Positions 1 through 10,278 of a stretch of 64,000 nt of DNA are shown piece after piece. The stretch covers positions 384,001-448,000 of the forward strand of contig JAYFMW010000017.1 in assembly GCA_042408215.1 (NCBI GenBank), written 5' to 3'. The notes beneath the pieces are model-generated. The model had not been told where the DNA came from. It ran no database searches and saw nothing but the letters and a program-made list of their open reading frames with translations. A program made the position numbers and the translations under genes. Origin of the DNA: Microcoleus sp. (lineage in GTDB: Bacteria > Cyanobacteriota > Cyanobacteriia > Cyanobacteriales > Microcoleaceae). Numbering within the stretch: the stretch's first letter is position 1; every line of letters starts with the position of its first letter.

Positions 1-521
1 AAGGACTCTTAAAATCAGCCATTCGCGATGATAATCCTGTCCTGTTTTTCGAGCACGTTCTCCTTTATAACCTGAAAGAAGATTTGCCAGAAACGGAATA
101 TTTGGTGCCATTGGATAAAGCGGAAATAGTGCGATCGGGCAAAGATGTCACCATCTTGACTTATTCTCGGATGCGGCACCATGTCATGCAAGCGGTACCC
201 GCACTGGTAAAAGAGGGTTACGATCCAGAAGTCATCGACCTAATTTCTCTAAAACCCCTTGACATGGAGACAATTGGGGCATCCATTCGCAAAACTCACA
301 AAGTAATTATTGTTGAGGAGTGCATGAAAACAGGAGGTATCGGTGCTGAATTAATTGCCTCAATTAGCGATCGCTACTTTGACGAACTCGATGCACCGGT
401 GTTGCGACTGTCTTCGCAAGATATTCCCACACCATACAACGGCAATTTAGAAAGACTGACAATTGTACAGCCAGCTCAAATTATCGAGGCTGTGCAAAAA
501 ATGGTAGCTGGGGGAGTATAA
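1..521 (+). CDS. pdhB: Pyruvate dehydrogenase E1 beta subunit, 5'-truncated by the window edge
   Basis: Frame is open from position 3 ([18 protein letters not shown]...) and continues through [21 protein letters not shown] and [15 protein letters not shown], the transketolase C-terminal motifs. Confidence 0.93.
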   Translation, partial: GLLKSAIRDDNPVLFFEHVLLYNLKEDLPETEYLVPLDKAEIVRSGKDVTILTYSRMRHHVMQAVPALVKEGYDPEVIDLISLKPLDMETIGASIRKTHKVIIVEECMKTGGIGAELIASISDRYFDELDAPVLRLSSQDIPTPYNGNLERLTIVQPAQIIEAVQKMVAGGV

Positions 522-525
522 ATAG

Positions 526-780
526 GTATTGGTTATTAGTCAGTAGTCATTAGTCAGTAGTCATTAGTTATGAGTTGTTGGCTGAGACCAACGCTCGCTA
601 ACAACACGAAATTGATCCTAAAGTACGGATGCAAAGATTGATTATTTCTTTCACCTAACAAATGACCCATGACTGCTGACTCCTGACTGCTGGATTCTGA
701 ATGCTGACCAATAACCAATGACCAATAACTAATGACCAATAACTAATAACCAATAACCAATAACCAATGACTAATAATTA
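526..780. repeat. STRR heptamer arrays: TTAGTCA-type after pdhB, complementary TGACCAA/TAACCAA-type before secD
   Basis: Tandem 7-mers at ~526-570 and ~660-780 in opposite orientations. Confidence 0.85.
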
Positions 781-783
781 AGT

Positions 784-2175
784 ATGCAAAAACAGCAATC
801 GACATTAGCCCTAATTTTCGTTTTAATCATAGCCGCTATTACAGTAATAGTAACAATTCCCACAAGGCTAGGATTAGACTTACAAGGAGGGTCACAACTC
901 ACAATTCAAGTAAAAACTACCCCCACAATTCCCAAAATTGACCAGGGAATGTTAGAAGCAGTGCGGCGCATCGTCGAAAACCGGGTTAACGGTTTGGGCG
1001 TTTCCGAAGCATTAGTCCAAACAGTAGGAGAAGACCAAATTCTCGTGCAATTACCGGGAGTAAATGACCCGCAGCAAGCAGAACGAGTTTTGGGTGGCAC
1101 CGCCAAGCTAGACTTTCGAGAACAATTGCCGGGAACTGAAGCGCAATTAGCCATTGAAAGACAGTTGCAGCAGGAATTGCTGGCCAAACAAGCAGAATTG
1201 AAAATTAGCCCGAATCAGGCAGCAATTCAAGAAAATCAGGCTGCTTTGAAAAGAAGCAATGAGGCGATCGGCAAACTCTATAAAAGCACCGGACTCGGCG
1301 GCGAAAACCTCAAAGACGCTCAAGCTCAACCCACTGGTAATGAATGGAATGTCGCTCTCCGTTTTGATCCTAAAGGAGGCGAACTATTTGCCCAACTTAC
1401 GAAAAATTTAGCAGGAACGGGACGGACTCTCGGCATTTTTCTAGACGAAAGAATGATTAGTTCTCCTGTAGTTGGTGTGGAATTTGCTCAGACAGGAATT
1501 ACTGGCGGTAACGCTGTAATTCAAGGTCGCTTTACAACGCAAGAAGCTAACGATTTAGCCGTGCAATTGCGTGGTGGCGCTTTGCCGGTGCCGGTAGAAA
1601 TTATTGAAAACAGAACTATCGGCGCTAGTTTGGGTAGAGACAGCATTCAAAGCAGTATCACCGCAGGGTTCGGCGGTTTAGTTTTAGTCTTGATTTTCAT
1701 GATAGCCTATTACAGACTACCAGGCGTAATTGCAGATATTGCTCTGTTAATTTATGCTTTGCTAACTTGGGCTGCTTTCGTGCTGTTGGGAGTAACTTTA
1801 ACCCTGCCGGGAATTGCTGGTTTTGTACTCAGTATCGGCATGGCTGTTGATGCGAACGTCCTGATTTTTGAGCGCACGCGGGAAGAATTGCGGGCTGGGA
1901 AAACGCTTTATCGATCGGTCGAATCGGGTTTTTACCGAGCTTTTTCTAGCATTTTAGACGGCAACGTCACAACGCTTATTGCTTGTGCTGCGCTCTTCTG
2001 GCTGGGTGCTGGTTTAGTTAAAGGGTTTGCTGTAACGCTGGCCTTGGGCGTGGCAGTGAGTATGTTTACTGCTCTTACTTGCAGCCGCACTCTGCTGTTC
2101 GTAGTATTGAGCTTTCCAGCGTTGCGGAAACCGCAGTTGTTTTGTCCCGATTTGTCGAAAACTGCTAATAGTTAA
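784..2175 (+). CDS. secD: Protein translocase subunit SecD
   Basis: LGLDLQGG, RVNGLGVSE, IGASLG, TLTLPGIAG, IGMAVDANVLIFER motifs. Confidence 0.97.
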   Translation: MQKQQSTLALIFVLIIAAITVIVTIPTRLGLDLQGGSQLTIQVKTTPTIPKIDQGMLEAVRRIVENRVNGLGVSEALVQTVGEDQILVQLPGVNDPQQAERVLGGTAKLDFREQLPGTEAQLAIERQLQQELLAKQAELKISPNQAAIQENQAALKRSNEAIGKLYKSTGLGGENLKDAQAQPTGNEWNVALRFDPKGGELFAQLTKNLAGTGRTLGIFLDERMISSPVVGVEFAQTGITGGNAVIQGRFTTQEANDLAVQLRGGALPVPVEIIENRTIGASLGRDSIQSSITAGFGGLVLVLIFMIAYYRLPGVIADIALLIYALLTWAAFVLLGVTLTLPGIAGFVLSIGMAVDANVLIFERTREELRAGKTLYRSVESGFYRAFSSILDGNVTTLIACAALFWLGAGLVKGFAVTLALGVAVSMFTALTCSRTLLFVVLSFPALRKPQLFCPDLSKTANS

Positions 2176-2177
2176 CA

Positions 2178-2300
2178 GTTGTTATTGGTTATTGGTTATT
2201 AGTTATTTGTTATTTGTTAGCTGCTACCAATAACTAATAACGACTAACTTCTTCCATCCCTCCGTTAAATCCGTTAAATCCGTTACAGAATCCGTTGCCA
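2178..2300. repeat. STRR heptamers (GTTATTG/TAACTAA) plus a TCCGTTA short-repeat element
   Basis: The TCCGTTAAA-TCCGTTAAA-TCCGTTACAGAATCCGTTG block recurs inverted at ~37298-37340. Confidence 0.7.
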
Positions 2301-2315
2301 ATCTTCCTTCAACTT

Positions 2316-3284
2316 ATGAAATTCAGTGTGATCAAACAGCGATCGATCTGGTGGAGCCTTTCCGCTGCTATCATCCTCGCAGGTATAGCGTCGATGGCGA
2401 TTTCTTGGACAAGTCCCGACATCCGCGCGCCGCTGCGGCCGAGTTTGGACTTTATCGGCGGCACTAGGCTGCAATTTGAGCTCGACTGCACGAAACCGGA
2501 AAATTGTAAACCCATCGATCTTGCTGCTGTCCGCGAAGTGCTGGACACCCAAGGTTTGGCTGGCAGCAGCATTCAAGTTATCGGCAAAGAACAGCGGGGT
2601 TTATCGCTACGAACGAAAACTTTGGATGTGGAAAAGCGGACTAAGTTGCAAACAGCTTTGAGCGATAAAATAGGCGCTTTTGCTCCTAAATCTACTCAAA
2701 TTGATACGGTAGGTCCTACCCTTGGTAAACAATTATTTACTTCTGGATTGTTGGCTATATTGCTTTCCTTTGCTGGCATTACTGTTTATCTGACATTCCG
2801 ATTTCAGTTAGATTATGCCTTTTTTGCTTTTGTTGCTCTGTTTCACGACGTGTTTATTACTGTTGGTATTTTCTCCTTTTTGGGTTTAGTTCTAGGGGTG
2901 GAAGTTGACAGTTTATTTGTGGTTGCTATCTTGACAATCATCGGTTTTTCTGTTAACGATACAGTGGTAATTTACGATCGCGTGCGCGAAGTAATTAAGC
3001 TAAATCCGGGTATGTCGATCGACCAAGTTGTCGATGATGCTGTGATGCAGACCCTGGGAAGGTCAATTAACACGACGATGACTACGCTGCTGACACTGTT
3101 TTCCATCTTTTTGTTTGGTGGCGAAACACTCAAATACTTTGCTTTAGCTTTGATCGTTGGTTTTATTGCTGGTGCGTATTCGAGTATTTTCATTGCTAGT
3201 ACGCTGCTAGCTTGGTGGCGCAGTCGCACGGGCCACTCTATCCCCGTTCCTGTAGAAGTCATCAACCCATCCGATCGAGTTTAG
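2316..3284 (+). CDS. secF: Protein translocase subunit SecF
   Basis: [45 protein letters not shown] motifs; ATG at 2316 chosen over the upstream TTG. Confidence 0.97.
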   Translation: MKFSVIKQRSIWWSLSAAIILAGIASMAISWTSPDIRAPLRPSLDFIGGTRLQFELDCTKPENCKPIDLAAVREVLDTQGLAGSSIQVIGKEQRGLSLRTKTLDVEKRTKLQTALSDKIGAFAPKSTQIDTVGPTLGKQLFTSGLLAILLSFAGITVYLTFRFQLDYAFFAFVALFHDVFITVGIFSFLGLVLGVEVDSLFVVAILTIIGFSVNDTVVIYDRVREVIKLNPGMSIDQVVDDAVMQTLGRSINTTMTTLLTLFSIFLFGGETLKYFALALIVGFIAGAYSSIFIASTLLAWWRSRTGHSIPVPVEVINPSDRV

Positions 3285-3452
3285 TTGACTGTTAACTGTT
3301 GACTGTTAACTGTTGACTGTTAACTGTTGACTGTTAACTGTTGACTGTTAACTGTTGACTGTTAACTGTTAACTGTTGACTGTTAACTGACTCATCAAAA
3401 ATAACAAATAACCAATAACAAATAACCAATAACCAATAACCAATGACTAATG
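3284..3452. repeat. STRR array (GTTGACT/GTTAACT)n followed by (TAACCAA)n
   Basis: About 15 alternating heptamers directly after the secF stop; the second array runs into the ATG at 3443. Confidence 0.9.
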
Positions 3453-3823
3453 AGAGCGATCGAACTTTTCCAATCGAAGTGCAAAGGCTCCACAAATTAA
3501 CAGTATACGGCCGCTGGTTAACTGTCATATTTTTGTGGATTAGCATCGGTTCTTTCAGCATTTGGGGTTTGCGCGATGAAATTGCTTTGTGGATAGAAAA
3601 CTTTACTTGGGCTGCGGTGCGTTACGGTTTATCTTTTCACCTGTGGCCGACTCTCGGTGTCGGTTTGTGTCTGGGAATGACTTTAGGAGTGTTAACTTGG
3701 CAAAGTCGTAATATTGTGCGAGGATTACCACTGCGGGAAAAACAGGGTTTGGAACAACAAGTGCGCCGGATTCGCCAACAGGGGCCGAGTCATCCTTTGT
3801 GGAAGTGGGTTTGCCGATTTTGA
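3443..3823 (+). CDS. Small cyanobacterial membrane protein, hypothetical
   Basis: 126 aa, two hydrophobic segments, C-terminal IRQQGPSHPLWKWVC. Confidence 0.75.
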   Translation: MTNESDRTFPIEVQRLHKLTVYGRWLTVIFLWISIGSFSIWGLRDEIALWIENFTWAAVRYGLSFHLWPTLGVGLCLGMTLGVLTWQSRNIVRGLPLREKQGLEQQVRRIRQQGPSHPLWKWVCRF

Positions 3824-4187
3824 ATCAGGATTAACCAACAGGAATTACGCACTCCTTACCTAAGAAACCTGGTTTTTGATGATGATTATTAACAGCCGAT
3901 CGAGTATTGGAGAATTCAAGCAAAACCAGCAACTCGGAATTGCTATAAAATGTCAATTGTCAGTCCGATGCTGAGCGCGCTGGTTTTAAACGGTAGCCGA
4001 TCCTATTACATACTACCAAGGTCTACCGCTATATTCACGGAGTTTACAAGAATTCGTTTACTATACGAAAGCAGTCCGAATACTTTTAAGAAGATGCTAG
4101 CGGTTCCCGATCGCGATAAACTTAAAGGTGGGCGGGAGTGTCAAATCAACAGCGTTGAGCGAACCGGAGTTGAACCGCACAGCCAAC

Positions 4188-6086
4188 ATGAATAAGTCTC
4201 TGAACAAAATTCTGCTAGTAGAGCATGATAGATTGCTGAGTGCGACACTGCTAAAGGTGTTGGGAACACATCACTACACGATCGCTCTAGCCAGCGATGG
4301 ACAAGCGGGCCTAGACTTGGCAACCATAGTTGAGTATGACCTGATTTTGCTGGACGTGCAGGTTCCCAAACTAGATGGAATTACTCTATGTCGCCAACTG
4401 CGATCGCAAGGCTATTGCAAACCAATTCTACTACTGACGGCAAAAGATTCAGATGCAGATGTGGTGGCTGGGTTCGATGCCGGCGCCGATGACTACATCA
4501 GCAAGCCCTGTGCTACGGAAGCATTACTGGCGAGGATGCGAACATTATTGCGACGCAGTAAAGCACTTTCCCCAGGAGGTTCTACCCAGGATTCATCTCG
4601 CAATACCTTGACTTGGGGAAATCTTTGTTTAGATATGGATTCAGGTAGAGTCAGGTTTGGCGAACAAGTCATTTCACTGACCGCGACAGAATATAATCTG
4701 CTGGAATTATTCCTGCGAAATCCCGATCGCATCTTTAGCCGCAGTGCCATTTTGGATCGTCTGTGGGGATTTGATGATGCACCAAGCGATCGCGCTATTA
4801 ACACTCACATTAAAGATGTCCGAAAGAAACTCAAAGCAGGCGGCTTAACGGAAGATATTATCGAAACAGTTTATGGTATGGGCTATCGACTGAAGCCTTG
4901 TCCGCAATCTGCGCCGTCTAGTTCCAACAATCCCGACACCGATCGCACCGGAAAACCTAAATCTCCCGTGGGAGATCAGTCTGCGATCGACAAAGTATTA
5001 GAGCGGTTTCGGGGAGTCTTTGACCAACAAGTTGCCCTATTGGAACAGGCAAAAACTGCATTATTAGCAGGAAATTTAGAGGCGGAATTACAGCAAAGGG
5101 CAAAGAATGAAGCCCATAAATTGGCAGGCTCTATGGCATCTTTTGGTTATCCCGAAGGATCGAAATTGGCGCGATCGGCAGAGCATTTACTAATGAAAGA
5201 TCAGCCCTTCAGCGCGGAAGAAATCACTCGTGTTTCGGAAGTGGTGACAGGATTACAACAGGAATTAGCGAAACCTCCAGTTACGTTAACGGCTTCACCA
5301 GTGCCTACCATTTTATCTCATCGGGTGCTAGTCGTTGACGATGATACTGCCTTGACAGAGCGCTTAAAAGCAGAATCCGAAACTTGGGGATTGCGAATTA
5401 AGATTGCTCCCAATCTTACCGTGGCGCGATCGCGTCTTGCTTTGTCAATGCCCGATGTGATGTTACTAGATTTAAGCTTTTCAGAGACAGAGGAAGATGG
5501 ATTGACGCTGCTGCGAGAACTAAATTCGCGATCGCCTAATCTCCCGATAATTGTCTTTACCGGACGAGACAGCCTTGCCGATCGATTAGCAGTATCGCGG
5601 TTAGGGGCTAAACAATTTTTGCACAAACCAGCCACCACCGAGCAAATTTTTCGAGCCATATCCCGTGTCTTACCCAATCCCAAAACTTCAGAAGCCAAAA
5701 TCTTAATCGTAGATGATGACCCTTTAATGCTGGCTACATTATCCGCATTGCTGACACCTTGGGGACTGGAGGTGACAACTCTAACCGAACCACAGCAATT
5801 TTGGGAACTGTTAATTAGCACTGTACCCGATTTAGTCGTGCTGGATCTAGAAATGCCCCTAGTTAATGGTTTAGAATTATGTCAGGTGGTGCGACAGGAT
5901 GTTCAGTGGGGAGATTTACCGATTTTGGTTGTAACTGCTCATACAGATCCAGAATCCCTGCAACAAGCCTTTGCCGCCGGAGCGGATGATTTTATTATTA
6001 AGCCAGTGCTGGGGCCAGAATTAGTTTCGCGGGTACTCAGCCGAATTAACCGCACTCGTCCCTTCCTTAAGCCTGGGAATACTTAA
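4188..6086 (+). CDS. Multidomain response regulator, RcaC-like architecture (REC, OmpR winged helix, HPt, REC, REC)
   Basis: REC LILLDVQVP; winged helix LTATEYNLLELF...IETVYGMGYRL; HPt EAHKLAGS; two further REC domains (LLDLSF, VLDLEMP). Confidence 0.9.
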   Translation: MNKSLNKILLVEHDRLLSATLLKVLGTHHYTIALASDGQAGLDLATIVEYDLILLDVQVPKLDGITLCRQLRSQGYCKPILLLTAKDSDADVVAGFDAGADDYISKPCATEALLARMRTLLRRSKALSPGGSTQDSSRNTLTWGNLCLDMDSGRVRFGEQVISLTATEYNLLELFLRNPDRIFSRSAILDRLWGFDDAPSDRAINTHIKDVRKKLKAGGLTEDIIETVYGMGYRLKPCPQSAPSSSNNPDTDRTGKPKSPVGDQSAIDKVLERFRGVFDQQVALLEQAKTALLAGNLEAELQQRAKNEAHKLAGSMASFGYPEGSKLARSAEHLLMKDQPFSAEEITRVSEVVTGLQQELAKPPVTLTASPVPTILSHRVLVVDDDTALTERLKAESETWGLRIKIAPNLTVARSRLALSMPDVMLLDLSFSETEEDGLTLLRELNSRSPNLPIIVFTGRDSLADRLAVSRLGAKQFLHKPATTEQIFRAISRVLPNPKTSEAKILIVDDDPLMLATLSALLTPWGLEVTTLTEPQQFWELLISTVPDLVVLDLEMPLVNGLELCQVVRQDVQWGDLPILVVTAHTDPESLQQAFAAGADDFIIKPVLGPELVSRVLSRINRTRPFLKPGNT

Positions 6087-6210
6087 AAGAAAAACAATTA
6101 TCGCCTCGATCGAGATGGTTCGGGAGAAGTGATTGCCGAGAATAAGCACTCTGATTTAACGTCCTAGGATTTTGGCGACTATAGCCAAATAGAAAAAAAA
6201 CAGGGGTAGT

Positions 6211-9200
6211 ATGACCGATCGCGACAAAACGAAAGACGAACTGATGGCAGAATTAGAGTTATTGCGCGGGGAAGTCGCGACTCTCAAGCAGACGGGGCGA
6301 TCGCATCCCCAAACCCATCTACCACAGACAACGCCCGAAATGGCAAATTTGACGATTCTCTTAGTAGATGATTCAGAAGTCGCTCGCGCTACCTACCGAC
6401 GATTTTTGATGCAGGATCGCGATCGGACCTACCAGATTGTCGAATTTGATAACGGCGAAGATGCTCTCGAATGGTGTCAGCAAAATATCCCAGATATTTT
6501 TCTAATCGATTACTGGCTACCCGATATGGACGGGTTAGAGTTGTTGCAGCAACTCCAGCAACAAACAGGGCGAAATACCCTTCCCGTGATTATGTTCACA
6601 GGTCAAGGAAATATCCAAATTGCCGTTGATTTACTCAAAAGTGGCGCTCAGGATTATTTAGACAAAAGCCAGATTACCCCTCAAAGTTTGCATCGATCCA
6701 TTAGCTATGTCCTGCGAAATAACCAACTGATTCGAGAACGGGAATGGCAACAACAGCAACAGCAATTCCTTGGCAAAACAGCACTTTCTATCCGCGAATC
6801 AATCAAAATAGAGGATATTCTCAACACTACGGTAAGGGAAGTCAGAAACATTCTTCAGTGCGATCGCGTGATTATTTTTCATTTTTCTCCTGGCTGGGGG
6901 GGGACAGTTGTTGTCGAGTCGGTTGCTGATGACAGTAAGGCTATTTTACCGCTCCAGATTTATGACCCTTGTATTGGGGAAGAGTACGTTGAACCCTTGA
7001 AAAAAGGTTTAATTACGGCAAAATCGGATATCTATAATTCTGATATTAGTCCCTGTCACATAGAATTTCTCGAAAGTTTACAAGTCAGGGCAAATTTAGT
7101 AGTTCCCATTCTCAAAGGAGATGAATTGTGGGGGTTACTGGTTGCTCATCACTGTACAGCGCCTCGCCCGTGGCAATCTTCAGAAATAGAATTGCTGCGG
7201 CAGTTGTCTGCACAAGTTAGTATTGCCCTTCAACAAGCTGATTTATTTGAGCAAGTACAAACGGAACTGAGGGATCGCAAACAGGCAGAAATTGCCCTAC
7301 AACAACTCAATGTCGAACTGGAACAACGGGTAATAGAACGAACAGGAGAACTAACGGAAGTAAACGATCGCCTGTTATTTGCCTTACTAGAAAAAGAACG
7401 CGCCTATCAATTAGTAAAGGAACAAGCACAACTGCTAGACCTGGCCCACGATAGTATTATCACCTGGGATTTAAACTCGGTTATTACCTTTTGGAATCAG
7501 GGAGCCGAGTTGATGTATGGTTGGAAAAAAGCAGAGGCTTTCGGGCAAGATTCTAATACTCTATTGAAAACTCAGTTTCCTCAACCTTTGGCTGAGATTG
7601 AAGCAGAACTGTTAGAAACAGGTTACTGGGAAGGAGAACTAATCCATTTCACCAAGTACGATCGCCAGATTACTGTATCTAGCCGTTGGGTTGTCCAAAA
7701 AGATGCTGCTGGTAGACCGATTAAGATCCTAGAAATTGACAATGATATTAGCGATCGCAAACAAGCCGAGGAGCTTTTGCAACAGAGTGAATCGACTCTG
7801 CGGAGTTTCTTCAATAGTGGCTCGATGATGATGGGAATCGTGGAAATTTACCCCCATGACATCTGCCATATTTCCAGCAATATCGCCACCTCTCAGTTTT
7901 TCGGCACTACGCCCGATGGAATGCAAAATCGTCTTGCCAGCGAGATGGGTATGCCACAAGAGTTTATAGAAATCTGGCTGAATTACTATCGGGAAGCGGA
8001 ACGTACTGGCGCTCCCGTGAAATTTGAATACAAGCATCGGACAGCAAAAACACCAAGATGGCTGTGTGCTACCACTTGCTCAATTGCCAACAGTTCCAGT
8101 AACCAACCCCGATTTTCCTTCGTTGTTGAGGAGATCACCGATCGCAAACAGGCGGAAGTAACTTTACTACAGAAATCCAGACAGGAACATTTGCTCTGGA
8201 GCATTACTCAAGCAATTCGCCAATCTTTAGATCTCAATGCCATTCTGAATACTGCTGTGACTGAAGTCAGGCAAACATTACAAACCGATCGCGTTGCTGT
8301 TTACCGCTTTAATCCCAATTGGAGTGGCGATTTTGTGTTCGAGTCAGTTGGTGAGGATTGGGTAAAATTGGTAGAAGCCGGTATTTGCAAAATCTGGGAA
8401 GACACCTATCTGCAAGAAACTCAAGGAGGTCGCTTCCGAAATAAAGAAAGCTTTGTTGTTAATGATATTTACAGGGCTGGACTTCAAACCTGTCATCTCG
8501 AACTATTAGAACAATTTCAAGCCAAAAGTTATGCCGTTTTCCCTATATTTTCGGGAGAAAATCTTTGGGGTTTGTTAGCTATTTATCAAAATGCTACACC
8601 TCGTAACTGGGAATCCTGGGAAATAGAATTATTGGAACAGATTGCCAGTCAATTGGCCATCGCGATTCAGCAATCAGAACTCTACGAAAAACTTCAGATC
8701 GAATTGCAAGAACGTCAGCAAGCAGCAGCCGTGTTAAGAGAAGCCGAACGACGCTGGCGATTTCTCCTCGACAATGTGCAATTAGTTGTGGTTGGGTTAG
8801 ACAAAACGGGTGCTGTTAATTACGTGAATCCTTGTTTCCTGAAACTGACGGGGTACACTGAATCAGAAGCTTTGGGTAAGCAGTTTTTTGAAACCTTTAT
8901 TCCTCTTTATGAACGGCAAGAAATGACAAGTATTTTATCCACAATATTAACAGATAATGGTCATCCATACTATCAAAATTTGATTCGGACTAAATCGGGA
9001 GAAGAACGATTTATTGCTTGGAATAATACCATCTTAAAAGATTCAGTGGGAAACAGCATTGGAACTATCAGCATTGGGGAAGATATCACCGAACGACAAA
9101 AGATGGAAAAAATTAAGGATGAATTTATTGGGATTGTCAGCCATGAACTTCGTACTCCTTTAACAGCCATTCAAATGTCACTGGGACTATTAAAAACTGG

Positions 9201-9798
9201 GATTTATGATAAAAAGCCAGAAAAATCCCGACGCATGATTGAAATTGCCCTACTCGATACTAATCGTTTGGTGCACCTGGTTAATGATATTTTAGATTTG
9301 GAGCGCATAGACTCCGGGCGGGCAGTTTTGGAGAAAACTGTTTGCAAAGCAGCCGATTTGATGCAGCAAGCAATTGATGGCATACAGGCGATCGCTACTC
9401 AACAGCAGATATCGCTAACTTTTACCCCCACCGATGTAGAAGTCTGGGCCGCAGTAGATGCGATCGTTCAAACCTTGACAAATTTGCTCGGTAATGCTCT
9501 TAAATTCTCGCCCCCCCAGTCCACCATCCACCTCAGCGCCGAAATCCAGACAGACTTTGTGCTATTCCAAGTTCGCGATCGGGGACGGGGGATTCCTGCC
9601 GATAAGCTAGAACTGATTTTTGCGCGATTTCAGCAAGTCGATGCCTCCGATTCCCGTGAAAAAGGAGGAACTGGGTTAGGCTTGTCAATTTGTCAGAGTA
9701 TTATTGAGCGACATGGCGGAAAAATCTGGGCTGAAAGTATTTTAGGTGAAGGCAGCACGTTTTTCTTTACTCTACCTTTACCAAAAACATGGGTCTAA
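6211..9798 (+). CDS. Hybrid sensor histidine kinase with REC, two cyanobacteriochrome GAFs, PAS domains, HisKA and HATPase
   Basis: GAF1 DPCI...SPCHIEFL (dual-Cys type); GAF2 WEDTYLQETQGGR...TCHLELL (red/green type); H-box VSHELRTPL; G2 box GGTGLGLSI. Confidence 0.93.
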   Translation: MTDRDKTKDELMAELELLRGEVATLKQTGRSHPQTHLPQTTPEMANLTILLVDDSEVARATYRRFLMQDRDRTYQIVEFDNGEDALEWCQQNIPDIFLIDYWLPDMDGLELLQQLQQQTGRNTLPVIMFTGQGNIQIAVDLLKSGAQDYLDKSQITPQSLHRSISYVLRNNQLIREREWQQQQQQFLGKTALSIRESIKIEDILNTTVREVRNILQCDRVIIFHFSPGWGGTVVVESVADDSKAILPLQIYDPCIGEEYVEPLKKGLITAKSDIYNSDISPCHIEFLESLQVRANLVVPILKGDELWGLLVAHHCTAPRPWQSSEIELLRQLSAQVSIALQQADLFEQVQTELRDRKQAEIALQQLNVELEQRVIERTGELTEVNDRLLFALLEKERAYQLVKEQAQLLDLAHDSIITWDLNSVITFWNQGAELMYGWKKAEAFGQDSNTLLKTQFPQPLAEIEAELLETGYWEGELIHFTKYDRQITVSSRWVVQKDAAGRPIKILEIDNDISDRKQAEELLQQSESTLRSFFNSGSMMMGIVEIYPHDICHISSNIATSQFFGTTPDGMQNRLASEMGMPQEFIEIWLNYYREAERTGAPVKFEYKHRTAKTPRWLCATTCSIANSSSNQPRFSFVVEEITDRKQAEVTLLQKSRQEHLLWSITQAIRQSLDLNAILNTAVTEVRQTLQTDRVAVYRFNPNWSGDFVFESVGEDWVKLVEAGICKIWEDTYLQETQGGRFRNKESFVVNDIYRAGLQTCHLELLEQFQAKSYAVFPIFSGENLWGLLAIYQNATPRNWESWEIELLEQIASQLAIAIQQSELYEKLQIELQERQQAAAVLREAERRWRFLLDNVQLVVVGLDKTGAVNYVNPCFLKLTGYTESEALGKQFFETFIPLYERQEMTSILSTILTDNGHPYYQNLIRTKSGEERFIAWNNTILKDSVGNSIGTISIGEDITERQKMEKIKDEFIGIVSHELRTPLTAIQMSLGLLKTGIYDKKPEKSRRMIEIALLDTNRLVHLVNDILDLERIDSGRAVLEKTVCKAADLMQQAIDGIQAIATQQQISLTFTPTDVEVWAAVDAIVQTLTNLLGNALKFSPPQSTIHLSAEIQTDFVLFQVRDRGRGIPADKLELIFARFQQVDASDSREKGGTGLGLSICQSIIERHGGKIWAESILGEGSTFFFTLPLPKTWV

Positions 9799-10243
9799 AG
9801 CCCCGTCCTTCTAGGACGGCTTTAATTATCTAAATTTCCGGTTCAAGGTTTCCGAAAATTAATTGAACAGTATGGTACAATAGAGTAATACTACAGGTAG
9901 AATAACCGCCGATAAACAGTGCGCACCAAGCTCAAACGACTGGTCGGGAAATAATAATGGTTAGTGGGTGGCGAACACCACGAAAAACATAGCTAGGGTA
10001 ACTAACGTAACCCAGACCAGAAAACTAAAATCTTGAATATTAAACGTACCGTGGGGCACAGGGAAACAAGAGAGGAAACTCTCTATCGCTTGGGGAGATC
10101 AGCCCTCTGGGATTGTCTAAGTTAGGCTCGAAACTTAGTTCTATTGAACGGGTTTTTGGTTTAAGTAATGCCGAAAGGATAGGCAATTTAAAGGTGTATC
10201 GGTGAACCAAGAATCCCCGCGCATTCATGCCGGGGAGTGTCAA
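9782..10243 (+). mobile_element. Non-autonomous IS200/IS605-family element (left end plus TnpB-type right end, no transposase or TnpB ORF)
   Basis: Follows TTAC (9778-9781); left-end hairpin AAAGCCCCGTCCTTCTAGGACGGCTTT; right-end hairpin GAATCCCCG...CGGGGAG ending GTGTCAA; no target duplication; the same left end recurs after TTAC at 13631. Confidence 0.85.
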
Positions 10244-10259
10244 CTAGCATTGATTAAGG
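10040..10259 (+). ncRNA. Putative TnpB omegaRNA (reRNA) scaffold plus ~16-nt guide from the 3' flank
   Basis: TACCGTGGGGCACAGGGAAAC...CGCTTGGGGAGA...AAGAATCCCCG...GGGGAGTGTCAA resembles cyanobacterial tnpB 3' ends; GAAA-capped hairpin AGAGAG-GAAA-CTCTCT. Confidence 0.65.
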
Positions 10260-10278
10260 CTCAGACGGTGTTGCAAAG

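Noticed and set aside
554..739. Short ORFs over STRR or palindromic repeats (also 3334-3561, 10464-10667, 54814-55046, 56850-57098)
   Set aside because: Peptides simply mirror the repeat units (VISYW, QQLTVNS, PPKSPLRRG).
9900..10020. Group I intron (IStron) or known small ribozyme in the mini-element
   Set aside because: CTCAAACGACT and AACATAG loosely resemble the R/S elements, but P7 cannot pair and the segment is too short; no CUGANGA hammerhead core.
10040..10243. 67-aa minus-strand ORF in the mini-element
   Set aside because: Antisense to the omegaRNA-like right end, starts at the terminal TTGAC, and has no recognisable motif.
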